Notes: a model not told the origin generated them from the sequence alone. DNA of 60,179 nucleotides, filler included, from 5 parts of 5 records of this genome joined end to end with filler, not necessarily neighbours in it, one strand, 5' to 3'; numbered from the whole stretch's first letter, positions 49,057 to 59,186 are shown. Translations and numbers: made by a program.

Positions 49057-50112
49057 TCAGAGAAGTCTCAGATCAGCCATCAACTGTTTCTGGCTCTGCA
49101 TCATTTCGGTGGCCAACGCATCCCCGTTGGTCGCCTTTTCCCACGACGCGACTGCCTTGCCGCGTGATTGCGCAACATCCTCGGGGTCGAAACTGATGAT
49201 CTCGACGCCGGCATCTTCGAACTTGGCCAGATAATCCGCGTTGTCCACGATGATGTTCTGACGCAACGCACCGGACACCTCACGTGCAGCGACTGCAAGT
49301 GCCGCGCGTTGCTGGTCATTCAGCTGACCATACGCCGCGGTATTGGCCACGTAGCATGTCGCAGTGGACGGTTGATGAAAGCCAGGCAGGATCAGGTACT
49401 TGGCAACCTCATGAAGACCTTCTTCATAGTTGGCCTTGATGTCGCCCCGGTCCGCTAAATCGACCAGCCCCTTGTCTAGGGCGGAATAGACTTCGGATGT
49501 TGGCAGCGGCGATACGGCTACCCCGAAATCAGCCATGACCGCGGCAGCCAGACCGACAAAGCGGCCTTTCAGACCATTCATATCGGCAATTTTGCGGATC
49601 TCGACCTTCGAATGCAAAGGTTCCTCGCCGTAGACCGTAGGTGCAACATAGGTCAGACCAGCTGGCGCATATGATCTCGTCGCCATCTCCATGCCGCCGC
49701 GCTCATAGAACCACGCTTCGTACTGGTCGGCCTCAGGAAAACCAAACGGAACGGTGGACGAGAAACCGTGCGCGGGGATCTTGCCGGCTGTATAACCGTC
49801 AAAGGTTTTCATCAGTTGGAAGGCACCGCCGCGCACCGCGTCAAACGATTGTGCTGCGGGCACAATCTGACCGCCTGCAAACGGCGTGATGTCCAGACTG
49901 CCACCGGTCAGTTCGCGCACCCGGTCACAAAACTTCTCTTCGTACAACATTGGCGTTGTGCCACCGCCCCAAAGGGCTTGCATCCGCCATTGAATCGTCC
50001 CCTGTGCGCGTACGGAACTGGCGGCCACGATTGCAGGTGCAGCAAGTCCTGCAGCAGCCGCACCTCGAATGAATTGGCGTCGGCTTGATGGTGCCTTGAG
50101 TGTCTTTGTCAT
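49057..50112 (-). CDS. dctP: TRAP substrate-binding protein (TakP-like) with Tat signal
   Basis: SRRQFIRG twin-arginine signal, WRMQ, FDAVRGG, GLKGRF, EVYSALDKG; RBS AAGGGAGG. Confidence 0.92.
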   Translation of the reverse strand: MTKTLKAPSSRRQFIRGAAAAGLAAPAIVAASSVRAQGTIQWRMQALWGGGTTPMLYEEKFCDRVRELTGGSLDITPFAGGQIVPAAQSFDAVRGGAFQLMKTFDGYTAGKIPAHGFSSTVPFGFPEADQYEAWFYERGGMEMATRSYAPAGLTYVAPTVYGEEPLHSKVEIRKIADMNGLKGRFVGLAAAVMADFGVAVSPLPTSEVYSALDKGLVDLADRGDIKANYEEGLHEVAKYLILPGFHQPSTATCYVANTAAYGQLNDQQRAALAVAAREVSGALRQNIIVDNADYLAKFEDAGVEIISFDPEDVAQSRGKAVASWEKATNGDALATEMMQSQKQLMADLRLL

Positions 50113-50152
50113 TGGTCGTCCTCCCTTAAAATAGTCTTTGATCCGTGTGGCA

Positions 50153-51448
50153 CTATAGTTTTGCCAGCACGTCTTTTGCGGCCTGGACACTTACATGCCC
50201 TTGCGCGGCAATGGCCTTGGCCACCGCTTCGATCTGTGAGCCGGTGGCGCCCGCAAGAATTGCGATGTTACGGGCATGAAGTGCCATATGGCCCTTTTGA
50301 ATGCCCTCTGTCGCAAGCGCGCGCAACGCAGCCATGTTCTGTGCAAGTCCAACCGCAACCGTAACCTCGGCCAGTTCCTGTGCGCTGGAGACACCCAGCA
50401 CGCGAAGTACGGCCTGCGCCGCTGGATGCGTCTTGGTCGCGCCGCCAACCAGGCCAAGCGCCATCGGCATCTCGATTGTCCCGGTCAGCGCGCCGTCCGA
50501 GCCACGCTCCCACGTAGTCAAGGACGTATACCGACCGCTCCGCGCAGCCCAAGCATGTGCCCCGGCCTCGATTGCGCGCCAGTCGTTGCCGGTGGCGACA
50601 ACCACGGGATCGATTCCGTTCATCACGCCCTTGTTGTGGGTCGCGGCACGGTAAGGGTCGATCTGAGCAAGGGCATAGGCTTCTAGCATGCCGTCGATTA
50701 CGTCATGGCCTTCCATTGTCTTTGTCGTCAACGCTTCAGGCGTTAGCGTGACATAGGCGCGCGCAAGCCTGAGATCTGCCAGATTGGACAAGATTCGCAG
50801 ACGGGTATGCCCTCCTGAAATTTTCGCCACACGCGGTGCAATCGTCTCAGCCATGGAATTAACGGCATTGGCCCCCATGGCATCGCGCACATCCACAAGG
50901 ATATGTAACACAGCCATCGGCCCCACAGCCGAGGTTTCAAACACATGCACCTCGATCCCGATGCAGCCCCCGCCCAACGACACCAGCACCTCGTCACGGG
51001 CATTGCACATCTGTCGCAGCTCAGCCTCGGCGGCCAAAAGACGCTGCTTTGCGCCATTGGGGTCATTTAATCCGACAACTTGGATTTGCGCCCGCATTAT
51101 CGGCCGATCAGAGGAGGTGTGAAATCCACCGCAATTTCGCGCAATCTTGGCCATGTAAGAGGCGGCGGCAACAACGGATGGCTCTTCAACCACCATCGGA
51201 ATCAGATAGTCCTTACCGTTGATGGTAAAGTTCGATGCCACCGCGAGGGGCAACTCGAACTTACCGATGACATTCTCGATCATTCCGTTCGCCAGCGACA
51301 GCGGCAATACATCGTCCCCCGCCAACGCCGCCCGATCCGCATCATCCAATCCGACGGTCTTCGCCACCAGATCCAGCCGTTGTTCTGGTTCAAGGTCGCG
51401 CACGTTTTCAAGCCGCGAACTGATCGGCGAAGTCGTTGTATTCGTCAT
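50153..51448 (-). CDS. mvaA: Class II (degradative-type) HMG-CoA reductase
   Basis: [39 protein letters not shown]; 431 aa from MTNTT. Confidence 0.95.
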   Translation of the reverse strand: MTNTTTSPISSRLENVRDLEPEQRLDLVAKTVGLDDADRAALAGDDVLPLSLANGMIENVIGKFELPLAVASNFTINGKDYLIPMVVEEPSVVAAASYMAKIARNCGGFHTSSDRPIMRAQIQVVGLNDPNGAKQRLLAAEAELRQMCNARDEVLVSLGGGCIGIEVHVFETSAVGPMAVLHILVDVRDAMGANAVNSMAETIAPRVAKISGGHTRLRILSNLADLRLARAYVTLTPEALTTKTMEGHDVIDGMLEAYALAQIDPYRAATHNKGVMNGIDPVVVATGNDWRAIEAGAHAWAARSGRYTSLTTWERGSDGALTGTIEMPMALGLVGGATKTHPAAQAVLRVLGVSSAQELAEVTVAVGLAQNMAALRALATEGIQKGHMALHARNIAILAGATGSQIEAVAKAIAAQGHVSVQAAKDVLAKL

Positions 51449-51540
51449 CTCGATGATGCCCCCCCTGCTTTCCAGATTGATCTTTCGCTTAATCCCAAGG
51501 CGGATGATAGGTACACTTGGTGAATACAGTGTTATCCTGT

Positions 51541-51560
51541 ACTGGTACTTTAACTGGTAC
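51541..51560. promoter_or_regulatory. Direct repeat, probable MocR operator
   Basis: ACTGGTAC-TTTA-ACTGGTAC between divergent mvaA and regulator. Confidence 0.65.
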
Positions 51561-51575
51561 AATTGAGAGCTTTCT

Positions 51576-52943
51576 ATGACCAAGACAACGAATATCGTGC
51601 GGCGCCTCGTCGAGGACATTGCCAATGGCACCCTGAGCGCCGGAGAACGCCTGCCCTCCATCCGTTCGGCTGCCGTGGAACAGGGTGTATCGAAAAACAC
51701 GATCGTCGAAGCCTACGACAGGCTGGTTGCGCAGGGGCTGATTACCGCGCGACACGGCTCGGGATTTACCGTGGCGGCGCCCAATCAAACGATACGGGAA
51801 GAAGACGTCCCGCGACATCTGGTTGAAGCGGTGGACAGTATTTCTCTGCTACGCGCGCAATTGGACCAGAATTATGCTGTTCGAATCGGAGATGGTCGAC
51901 CACCTGCTTTCTGGATGGCAGGGATTCCGATGCGAAATCTGCCGGAGCTTCGGAGCGAAACCGGAAATGACACGTCGGGCTACGGCTCACACATGGGATA
52001 TTTGCCGCTGCGCACCCTGATCGCAGCTCGACATAACGCCGATGGCATCGTAGTCACTTCTGAACAGATCGTGACGACCTTCGGCTCAAATCACGGCCTT
52101 GACCTGATCGTACGACGCTATCTAAAGCCAGGCGATACCGTCCTGGTGGATGACCCGGGTTATTACCCGCTATTTGCCAAACTACGCTTTTCCCAAATAA
52201 ACTTCGTCGGAGTGTCGCGCGGCCCAAATGGCCCTGATCTGAACCAATTGCGAAGTCTGGCAATCGAGCATCGCCCAAAGCTTTTCTTCACACAGTCGCT
52301 GGCGCATAATCCAACAGGGACCTCGATGGATTTGGCGACGGCTCACGGCGTGTTGAAGCTCGCCGAGATTATGGATTTCATTGTTGTTGATGACGATCCA
52401 TTCGTCGATCTTCCAGACCCGAAAGGTGTGCGGCTGGCAATGTTGGACGGATTTGACCGCGTCATATTCGTGGGTACGTTCTCCAAAACTTTATCCGCGT
52501 CGTTTCGCACAGGCTATATCGCCGCGGCCCGCAGCATTACCGAAGAGCTGGCAGAACTGAAAATGATCACCACCGTCAATTCGTCTCGCTTCGCCGAAAT
52601 GATCGTTGCCGAAATGATTCAAAGCCGACGCTATGCCCGACACCTCAAAAAGCTGGCTGGACGGCTCCGGAACGCGTCTGAAAAGCTGCAAGGCGATCTC
52701 GCGCTGCTTGGCCTGCATTGCAAAGTGCCACCCGGCCAAGGGTATTACGCCTGGTTAGACCTGCCCGACGGGGTCAGCGACACAGAGTTGGCTAAAAAAG
52801 CCGCTGCAAAAGGAATTTTCCTGGCACCGTCGAGCTTCTTCTCCGTTCAACCGTCAGGCAGGCCAGCGGGAATGCGGATCAATGTGACCCGCACCGGCGA
52901 CCCAAGATTTTTGAGATTTCTGAAGCATGAATTTCAACGGTGA
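51576..52943 (+). CDS. MocR/GabR-subfamily GntR regulator (wHTH plus aminotransferase-like domain)
   Basis: GERLPSIR...[31 protein letters not shown]. Confidence 0.94.
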   Translation: MTKTTNIVRRLVEDIANGTLSAGERLPSIRSAAVEQGVSKNTIVEAYDRLVAQGLITARHGSGFTVAAPNQTIREEDVPRHLVEAVDSISLLRAQLDQNYAVRIGDGRPPAFWMAGIPMRNLPELRSETGNDTSGYGSHMGYLPLRTLIAARHNADGIVVTSEQIVTTFGSNHGLDLIVRRYLKPGDTVLVDDPGYYPLFAKLRFSQINFVGVSRGPNGPDLNQLRSLAIEHRPKLFFTQSLAHNPTGTSMDLATAHGVLKLAEIMDFIVVDDDPFVDLPDPKGVRLAMLDGFDRVIFVGTFSKTLSASFRTGYIAAARSITEELAELKMITTVNSSRFAEMIVAEMIQSRRYARHLKKLAGRLRNASEKLQGDLALLGLHCKVPPGQGYYAWLDLPDGVSDTELAKKAAAKGIFLAPSSFFSVQPSGRPAGMRINVTRTGDPRFLRFLKHEFQR

Positions 52944-53180
52944 ATGCAATATTCTTGGTTGGAACGACAACGGAACCCACCACATTGAAATGATCAAGGG
53001 CCGGTGATCTTTGTAATGTGCAAGGGTTGTTGCCAAGGTTGGCGTGTAACACTCTGCCGCCACGCGAACATGAACACGAGTGAGCATTTAAACTGGCCTC
53101 GGTTCTCCATCGCATTGTCTACGCAAGCTCACGCATTTCTCCGTCAGAGCGTGCAACTCAACTTGAATCCCACAAAATAA

Positions 53181-53206
53181 CATCCATATACCATCCATAC
53201 AGATGG
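53181..53206. promoter_or_regulatory. CATCCATA direct repeats, candidate CopG-type operator
   Basis: CATCCATA at 53181 and 53192 plus inverted GATGG just before the ATG. Confidence 0.5.
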
Positions 53207-53216
53207 AGAAACGGTT

Positions 53217-53633
53217 ATGGCCGAAGTAAGACAAATCCGGGACAAGCAACCCGAGAACGAGAAGATCACCATCAATCTCGGCTTCGTCGACCTCGGTCGC
53301 ATTGATCTGCTGGTGCAGGAGGGGTTCTACTCGAACCGCAGCGATTTCATCCGCACCGCGATCCGCAAGCAACTCGACACGCATGGAGAGGCTGTCGACC
53401 GCACCATCGAGCGCCATACCATGGAGCTCGGCCTCAGAGACTTCGGCCGGGCGGAGCTCGAACAGCTTCGCGCGTCCGGCGAGGTCCTGCACATCAAGGT
53501 GGTGGGCCTCGCGCGCATCGCCTCGGACGTCACGCCCGACCTCGCTCGGGCGACCATCGGCTCGATCACGGTTCTCGGCAGCCTCCAAGCCTCCGCGGAC
53601 ATCAAGAAGGCTCTTGCCGACCGCATCCAGTAG
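53217..53633 (+). CDS. CopG/ribbon-helix-helix regulator
   Basis: EKITINLG.VDLG.IDLLV.EGFYSNRSDFIRTAIR. Confidence 0.88.
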   Translation: MAEVRQIRDKQPENEKITINLGFVDLGRIDLLVQEGFYSNRSDFIRTAIRKQLDTHGEAVDRTIERHTMELGLRDFGRAELEQLRASGEVLHIKVVGLARIASDVTPDLARATIGSITVLGSLQASADIKKALADRIQ

Positions 53634-53659
53634 CGGCGGCCCTCACAAGGACGAAACAG

Positions 53660-54727
53660 ATGATCAATTTCAACGTCGGCGCATGGCGCCAGGCGGCAGG
53701 GCAGTCGCGTGCCGCGCAACTTGCTTCCACCAACGACCTCGTTGCCCGTACGCTTGCGCAACACGGCCTCACTGCCGGTTCGATGTCCGGGCTCCCCGGT
53801 GGCGAGGCGCTGCCTCAGGCCCTGTCCGGCCTGATGTCCCGGCTTCAGTCTCAAGGTCCGGCCTCGAAAACCGTGGACATTCCCAACGGCGCGCGCTTTG
53901 CCGAAGACAGATTTACCTGCGCCGCAGGGACGCGCCGTTATCGCACCTATGTGCCGGCCTCGGCGCAGGAGGGGGTCATCGGCCTCGTCGTGATGCTCCA
54001 CGGCTGCACCCAGACGCCCGAGGATTTTTCCGCCGGAACTGGCATGAACGCCTTGGCCGAGAAACATCGCTTCGTCGTCGTCTATCCGCAGCAATCGCGC
54101 GGAGACAATGCCCAGTCTTGCTGGAACTGGTTCAGCCGGGGCGACCAGAAGCGGGACCGCGGCGAGCCCGCCATCCTTGCCGGCCTGACGCGCGAGGTCA
54201 TCGCCCGCCATACCATTCCGGAAGATCAGGTTTTCGTGGCTGGCTTGTCGGCGGGGGCTGCGATGGCCGTCATCCTTGGCGGGGTCTATCCGGACGTGTT
54301 CAAGGCAGTGGGCGCCCATTCCGGTCTTCCTGCAGGATCGGCCAAGGACGTCCCCTCCGCCTTTTCGGCTATGGCCGGACGCGAAACCGTAAGCGCTGCG
54401 CGCACGGCGGCCACCAGGTCCATCGTCTTCCACGGCGATGCCGATGCCACAGTTCACCCGTCGAATGGCGAACAGATCGTCCGGCAGGCACTCGAAGGCG
54501 GGCCGGGTCAGAGCCTTCAAATCGAGGATGCGGGTACTGGGGGAGGTCGGTCCTATCGGCGCTCCACGACCTACGATGACGCCGGTAGGGAAGCGGTGGA
54601 ACACTGGGTGATCGAAGGCCTCGGACACGCATGGTCGGGCGGACAATCTGCAGGCAGCTATACCGATCCGAAAGGTCCCGATGCGAGCACAGAGATGGTC
54701 CGTTTCTTCTTCTGTCCCTCGGCCTGA
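53660..54727 (+). CDS. PHB depolymerase-family esterase (LpqC-like)
   Basis: MLHGCTQ, CWNWF, GLSAGA, FHGDAD, GHAWSGG. Confidence 0.92.
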   Translation: MINFNVGAWRQAAGQSRAAQLASTNDLVARTLAQHGLTAGSMSGLPGGEALPQALSGLMSRLQSQGPASKTVDIPNGARFAEDRFTCAAGTRRYRTYVPASAQEGVIGLVVMLHGCTQTPEDFSAGTGMNALAEKHRFVVVYPQQSRGDNAQSCWNWFSRGDQKRDRGEPAILAGLTREVIARHTIPEDQVFVAGLSAGAAMAVILGGVYPDVFKAVGAHSGLPAGSAKDVPSAFSAMAGRETVSAARTAATRSIVFHGDADATVHPSNGEQIVRQALEGGPGQSLQIEDAGTGGGRSYRRSTTYDDAGREAVEHWVIEGLGHAWSGGQSAGSYTDPKGPDASTEMVRFFFCPSA

Positions 54728-54889
54728 GCCTTGGCATTAGTGTGATTACTACTCTGACCGGTCGTTATAAAGGTGAAACTGCGCGCCCGTTACTGTCGGT
54801 ATAGGCAGAGGCTTAAGGCTCGAACCCGAACTTCGCTGCGGCTACACCTCAAAAGATGGTCCGTTCCAGCATTGAATGTCAGCTTCCTT

Positions 54890-54911
54890 CAGGTGCGCAG
54901 TTTGACATTGC
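54890..54911 (+). repeat. 22-bp direct terminal repeat, right copy
   Basis: CAGGTGCGCAGTTTGACATTGC. Confidence 0.95.
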
Positions 54912-55011
54912 NNNNNNNNNNNNNNNNNNNNNNNNNNNNNNNNNNNNNNNNNNNNTTAATTAATTAANNNNNNNNNNNNNNNNNNNNNNNNNNNNNNNNN
55001 NNNNNNNNNNN
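54912..55011. other. Artificial contig spacer
   Basis: N/TTAATTAATTAA/N. Confidence 0.98.
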
Positions 55012-55273
55012 CTTCTCCTGCTCGACCGCGTGCCCGTCTTACTGGTGGAACTCCGACCGTTATCTCGGCCCGGCTGTTCTGTTGCAGGCTTATCGTTGGC
55101 TGGCTGACTCGCGTGATGAATATACCGGTGAACGTCTCGACGCGCTCGAAGATCCGTTCCGCCTGTATCGTTGCCACACGATCATGAACTGCACCAATAC
55201 CTGCCCGAAAGGCCTGAACCCGGCATTGGCGATCACCGAAATCAAAAAGATGATCGCAGAACGCCGCGCCTGA
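55012..55273 (+). CDS. sdhB: Succinate dehydrogenase iron-sulfur subunit, C-terminal fragment
   Basis: [29 protein letters not shown]. Confidence 0.95.
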
Positions 55274-55314
55274 TCGGCTTAGACCATAAAAAAGTCTTTT
55301 TAAGACAAAAAGTT

Positions 55315-55351
55315 AAAGCCGCCGGAGATCTGATGATCCCGGCGGCTTTTT
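55315..55351 (+). terminator. Intrinsic terminator after sdhB
   Basis: AAAGCCGCCGG...CCGGCGGCTTTTT. Confidence 0.8.
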
Positions 55352-55416
55352 CTGTTTTAATACTGTTTATAAAGACAACCTGACCCGAACAATCGGGCAC
55401 GAGCAAAGGCAAACCG

Positions 55417-57123
55417 ATGAAAAAAGCGCATTGGCTGTTCCCCCTTAGCGGCGCGGCATATGGCTTCGCATTCTGGTATCTGATCGATTATCGCTGGGAG
55501 GATGACTATCTTCTGGTGAGTCTGATGACTTTTATTGCCGCACTGGCCTATTGCAGCTGGTTTGCCATTGGCGTGCGTCGTCTGCGTGATGATCTTGCGG
55601 TGACGTTTGTTTTACCAACCCTCGCAGCCCTTCAGGTGCTGGCATTTCAGCATCTGGTCGGGTTCGATCATACCGATGATGCCGCCATTTTAGGTTTGCT
55701 CGCCTGTCAGGCGTTTTGGGTCGGGCTTGCTGTCGCCATATGGCGGATATGGGGGCCGTTGCAGACGACTGTTTTACCAAACTATCCGGATCGGGCGGCA
55801 CTGGTGCCCGAAATCTGGTCAATCAAGCTGGCATTGGCATTTGGTTTGGTCGGGGTTGGTGTCGTCTGGCCCGTTCTTTATGCCTTGTCTTCGCTGTTTA
55901 TGCTGGTGGGGATCGACCAGATTTGGGACCTGATCAGTGAGGCGTATGTTGCGATGCCCCTTTCGGGGGCGGCTTTTGCCACAGGTATCCTCATTGCGCG
56001 TGAAAAATCGGGGCTTCTGATCCCGGTCCGCCAGGTGATTGGCGGAATGTTCCGCATTCTTTATCCGATTCAGGCTCTGGGGCTTTTCCTGTTTCTGATT
56101 GCGGCGGCATTGGGTGGCTGGGAAGTTCTGCTGGATCAGGAATTTGGTGTCTGGTGGACCGTGATGGCCGCCGCAGCAGGGTTAAGTTACCTAATGTTTG
56201 GGGCGGTGCAGGCAGGCGAAGGTGTAACCTTGTTTGGCCGGATCGGTGATCGTGTCTTTCGCTTTACATTGTGGATGGCACCGATTTTTGCCCTGATTGC
56301 GATGGCAACGATTTATATCCGGGTGCGTGAATACGGCCTGACCCCATCGCGGATTTATGCGATCTGGGCGGCGGTATTTGTCTTGATGGCGACGATATGG
56401 CTTTCGGTGGCGGCATTTGGCCGTCGCCAGTCAACCCCGGTATCGTTGCGCCGGGCTTTTGGTCATATTGCCATTTGCGGGACCCTGACGGCCTTTATCA
56501 TACATCTGCCGTTGCTTGACCCGGTCAGCATTTCGGCGCGAAATCAGCAAAGCCGTCTTTTGTCGATGGCAGACTGGGACAAGGCTGACCTTTCTTTCAT
56601 TGCCCGAAATCTTGGAATGCCGGGCGAAAAGGCACTTGCTGAACTTGACGCGGCAAAACCCGACACGGTGCCGCCACTTGCCGAACTGCGCAGCTATATC
56701 GATCCTGATGCCGGACGGATGATGGTCGAAATTGACAATATTCCGGTTTATCCTGCGGAATATCGCGTGCCTGGGGAAGCCGTAACCAGATTGCTTGAAG
56801 CACAGCTTGAATATGATCGCCGCTTCTGTCGCAAGGAAGGTTCAGGCACAGGAACCCCGGACCAGTGCGCATTGTTGCTGGTCGATCTTGACGGCGATGG
56901 AATGGAAGAAGCAGCCTTTTTCACGGCGCGTGATTATGTTGATATCTATCGTTATGAGGTCGCGGATGATGATTGGCAGATTGTGACCAGTTTCTTCCAT
57001 GGCCAGAACGAAATCGACCATGCGGCAATGTTGCGTGATCTTGCCGATGGTAATTTCAAAGCGGTTTCGCCCCGCTATTCCGATCTTTTGATCGGTGGGG
57101 TGCAGTGGGGCCAGTATCGTTAA
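55417..57123 (+). CDS. DUF4153-like inner membrane protein
   Basis: Many TM segments, RVREYGLTPSR, LDPVSISARNQ, C-terminal DLDGDG. Confidence 0.75.
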   Translation: MKKAHWLFPLSGAAYGFAFWYLIDYRWEDDYLLVSLMTFIAALAYCSWFAIGVRRLRDDLAVTFVLPTLAALQVLAFQHLVGFDHTDDAAILGLLACQAFWVGLAVAIWRIWGPLQTTVLPNYPDRAALVPEIWSIKLALAFGLVGVGVVWPVLYALSSLFMLVGIDQIWDLISEAYVAMPLSGAAFATGILIAREKSGLLIPVRQVIGGMFRILYPIQALGLFLFLIAAALGGWEVLLDQEFGVWWTVMAAAAGLSYLMFGAVQAGEGVTLFGRIGDRVFRFTLWMAPIFALIAMATIYIRVREYGLTPSRIYAIWAAVFVLMATIWLSVAAFGRRQSTPVSLRRAFGHIAICGTLTAFIIHLPLLDPVSISARNQQSRLLSMADWDKADLSFIARNLGMPGEKALAELDAAKPDTVPPLAELRSYIDPDAGRMMVEIDNIPVYPAEYRVPGEAVTRLLEAQLEYDRRFCRKEGSGTGTPDQCALLLVDLDGDGMEEAAFFTARDYVDIYRYEVADDDWQIVTSFFHGQNEIDHAAMLRDLADGNFKAVSPRYSDLLIGGVQWGQYR

Positions 57124-57179
57124 CGCCTGCCTAATCGGGACAGGCTATGCTTTGTCATCACATGAAACAGCATCAGGGA

Positions 57180-57956
57180 ATGACTGCTTTGTTGATCCGG
57201 ACACATCATCTCATTGCGGGCCTGGCCCTTCTAACGCTGGCGGCCTGCGGCGATACCTCTGCGAAATGGGAGCCCCAGGATATGTTCGCAAGCCCGGCGG
57301 AAAAGCCGATTGACGAACGATACCGGGCGATGATCGATTTCAAGGCGCTATCGCGTGACGATGCCGGGGTTGAATATGCCGCCGGGCCGAGCGCGACCGT
57401 TCTGGGCGCGGTGGAAGAATCCGTTGCCCTTTGTCAGGAAAAGGGTGGCAAGGGATGCAAGGCGGTCCGTGTCGGTCTGACATGGGTTGATGGTCTTGAT
57501 AGCGATGCCATCAAGGCGGTGATGGAAACCTATCGCAACACCATGCTGGCAGAAGCAACGCAGGCATCGAATGCGGGGAATGCCGGTGCGGCGAACTGGC
57601 TTGCCTTCCATTATGCGGTTCGCGGTGAAAATTTGGGTGAAGCAGAACGTCTGATCAAGCGTGCCTTGCAGGTTGCACCCGATGATCCCGGTGCGCTCGA
57701 TACTTACGGGCTGGTGCTTTATAAGCAGGGCAAATATCAGGAAGCAGAAGAGATATTTGTGGCTGTAAACAAGGCAATGCCGACGGCTGAACATCTTGCG
57801 CATTTTGCCGACAATGCCCTTGCGATGGGCAAAACCGAAATGGCACGCGCGGCTTATCAGCGCGCCCTTGAGGTGCAGCCAAGTGCGATGCTGTCACAGG
57901 AAATCCAGAAACGGTTGCTTGCCCTTGATCTGGGTGGCGGCGCGGCAACACAATGA
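57180..57956 (+). CDS. TPR-containing lipoprotein
   Basis: Lipobox LAAC, ALDTYGLVLYKQG TPR repeats; start uncertain. Confidence 0.8.
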   Translation: MTALLIRTHHLIAGLALLTLAACGDTSAKWEPQDMFASPAEKPIDERYRAMIDFKALSRDDAGVEYAAGPSATVLGAVEESVALCQEKGGKGCKAVRVGLTWVDGLDSDAIKAVMETYRNTMLAEATQASNAGNAGAANWLAFHYAVRGENLGEAERLIKRALQVAPDDPGALDTYGLVLYKQGKYQEAEEIFVAVNKAMPTAEHLAHFADNALAMGKTEMARAAYQRALEVQPSAMLSQEIQKRLLALDLGGGAATQ

Positions 57957-58630
57957 TCAATCTTGTCATCTTTGATTGCGATGGGGTGCTGATCGATAGC
58001 GAAGTGCTGTCGTTTGCCGTCGATGTTCAGATACTTGCAGGCTATGGCATTGAAGTCTCATCGGATGACCTGGCGCGCCGTTTTGGCGGTGTGTCCTATG
58101 CCGGGATGGTCGACAGCCTGAATAATGATCACGCAACCGCGATTGACGCCGTGCAGTATCAGAAAGAATGTGAATATCTGCTCGGAAGTCTTTTTGAAAC
58201 AGATCTGCGGGCGATTGGTGGCATTGACGCGGTTCTGAAATCACTTGATGTGCCGGTTTGCGTTGCATCGGGCAGTGATTTGGCACGGCTTGATACCTGT
58301 CTTGGAAATACCGGTTTGCTTGATTTCTTCGGGGCGCGAATTTTCTCGGTTGAGGAAGTGGCAAATGGCAAACCGGCCCCGGATGTCTTCCTGCATGCGG
58401 CGCGGGAATGCGGTTCCAAACCGGAAAGCTGCCTTGTGATCGAAGACAGCCCCGCCGGGATTATTGCCGCCGGGGCGGCCGGGATGCGATCCGTCGGCTT
58501 TCTTGCTGGCGGCCATCGAAATCCGCAAGATGCCGAAATGTTGATGCAGGCCGGTGCCGAGGATGTTGTCGGTGATGCCAGCGAACTGCATCGGTATCTT
58601 GCAAATCTGGGACTGGCAAACCGACCCTGA
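57953..58630 (+). CDS. HAD-superfamily hydrolase (subfamily IA)
   Basis: FDCDGVLIDSE, KPAPD, IEDS..G. Confidence 0.93.
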   Translation: MINLVIFDCDGVLIDSEVLSFAVDVQILAGYGIEVSSDDLARRFGGVSYAGMVDSLNNDHATAIDAVQYQKECEYLLGSLFETDLRAIGGIDAVLKSLDVPVCVASGSDLARLDTCLGNTGLLDFFGARIFSVEEVANGKPAPDVFLHAARECGSKPESCLVIEDSPAGIIAAGAAGMRSVGFLAGGHRNPQDAEMLMQAGAEDVVGDASELHRYLANLGLANRP

Positions 58631-58669
58631 TCGAAATCGATCAGGGTGCGGTGTCTTCGCGGTCCGATA

Positions 58670-59182
58670 TTAGGGCCAGGGCCAATCAAGTGTGATAGCC
58701 GTGCCATCGACCATCGGCAGATCAACCTCGTTCAGGTTGTTGCCCGGGCCGCTGCGATCCACGATCAGAAAGTCACTTTCTGGTTCAAGCACCAGAAGCG
58801 GGTGGTGCCAGACATTCTTGGCATAAGTCACACCCTGCGACCCGTCCGAGATAAAGGCGCGCAGATTTTCGGGAGCAGGGGTGTCTGAACCCTCTGCCAC
58901 AACAATCAGGAACTTCTGACCGCTTAGAGGCACGAACGCCTGGGAGCCCAGCGGATGGCGTTCCATCATTTTGATTTCAATCGGCATCGGGCGCGGTGTG
59001 CCGCGAAAAATGCTGATGATTGGTACGCCACCTTCGTCCCCGACATCAACGCGCGATATGTCGTGAAACCGCGTTGTTGTGCCCAGATTGATTTTATATT
59101 CATCCCGCGCGGTGGCGGTGGATATCACCTCGCCAAACGGGGCAAAAGCCGCGGGGGTTAGCGGTTCGACTTTCAGTTTCAT
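58670..59182 (-). CDS. allA: Ureidoglycolate lyase
   Basis: PLTPAAFAPFG, MERHPLGSQAF, NVWHHP; start taken at MKLKVEP. Confidence 0.92.
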   Translation of the reverse strand: MKLKVEPLTPAAFAPFGEVISTATARDEYKINLGTTTRFHDISRVDVGDEGGVPIISIFRGTPRPMPIEIKMMERHPLGSQAFVPLSGQKFLIVVAEGSDTPAPENLRAFISDGSQGVTYAKNVWHHPLLVLEPESDFLIVDRSGPGNNLNEVDLPMVDGTAITLDWPWP

Positions 59183-59186
59183 AGTC

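Noticed and set aside
51449-51700. N-terminal extension of HMG-CoA reductase
   Set aside because: It runs through the promoter and into the divergent regulator; ATG 51448 gives the normal class II length.
53302-54646. 425-aa and 439-aa alternative-frame ORFs
   Set aside because: Arg/Ala/Pro-rich shadows typical of high-GC coding DNA, overlapping two well-supported genes.
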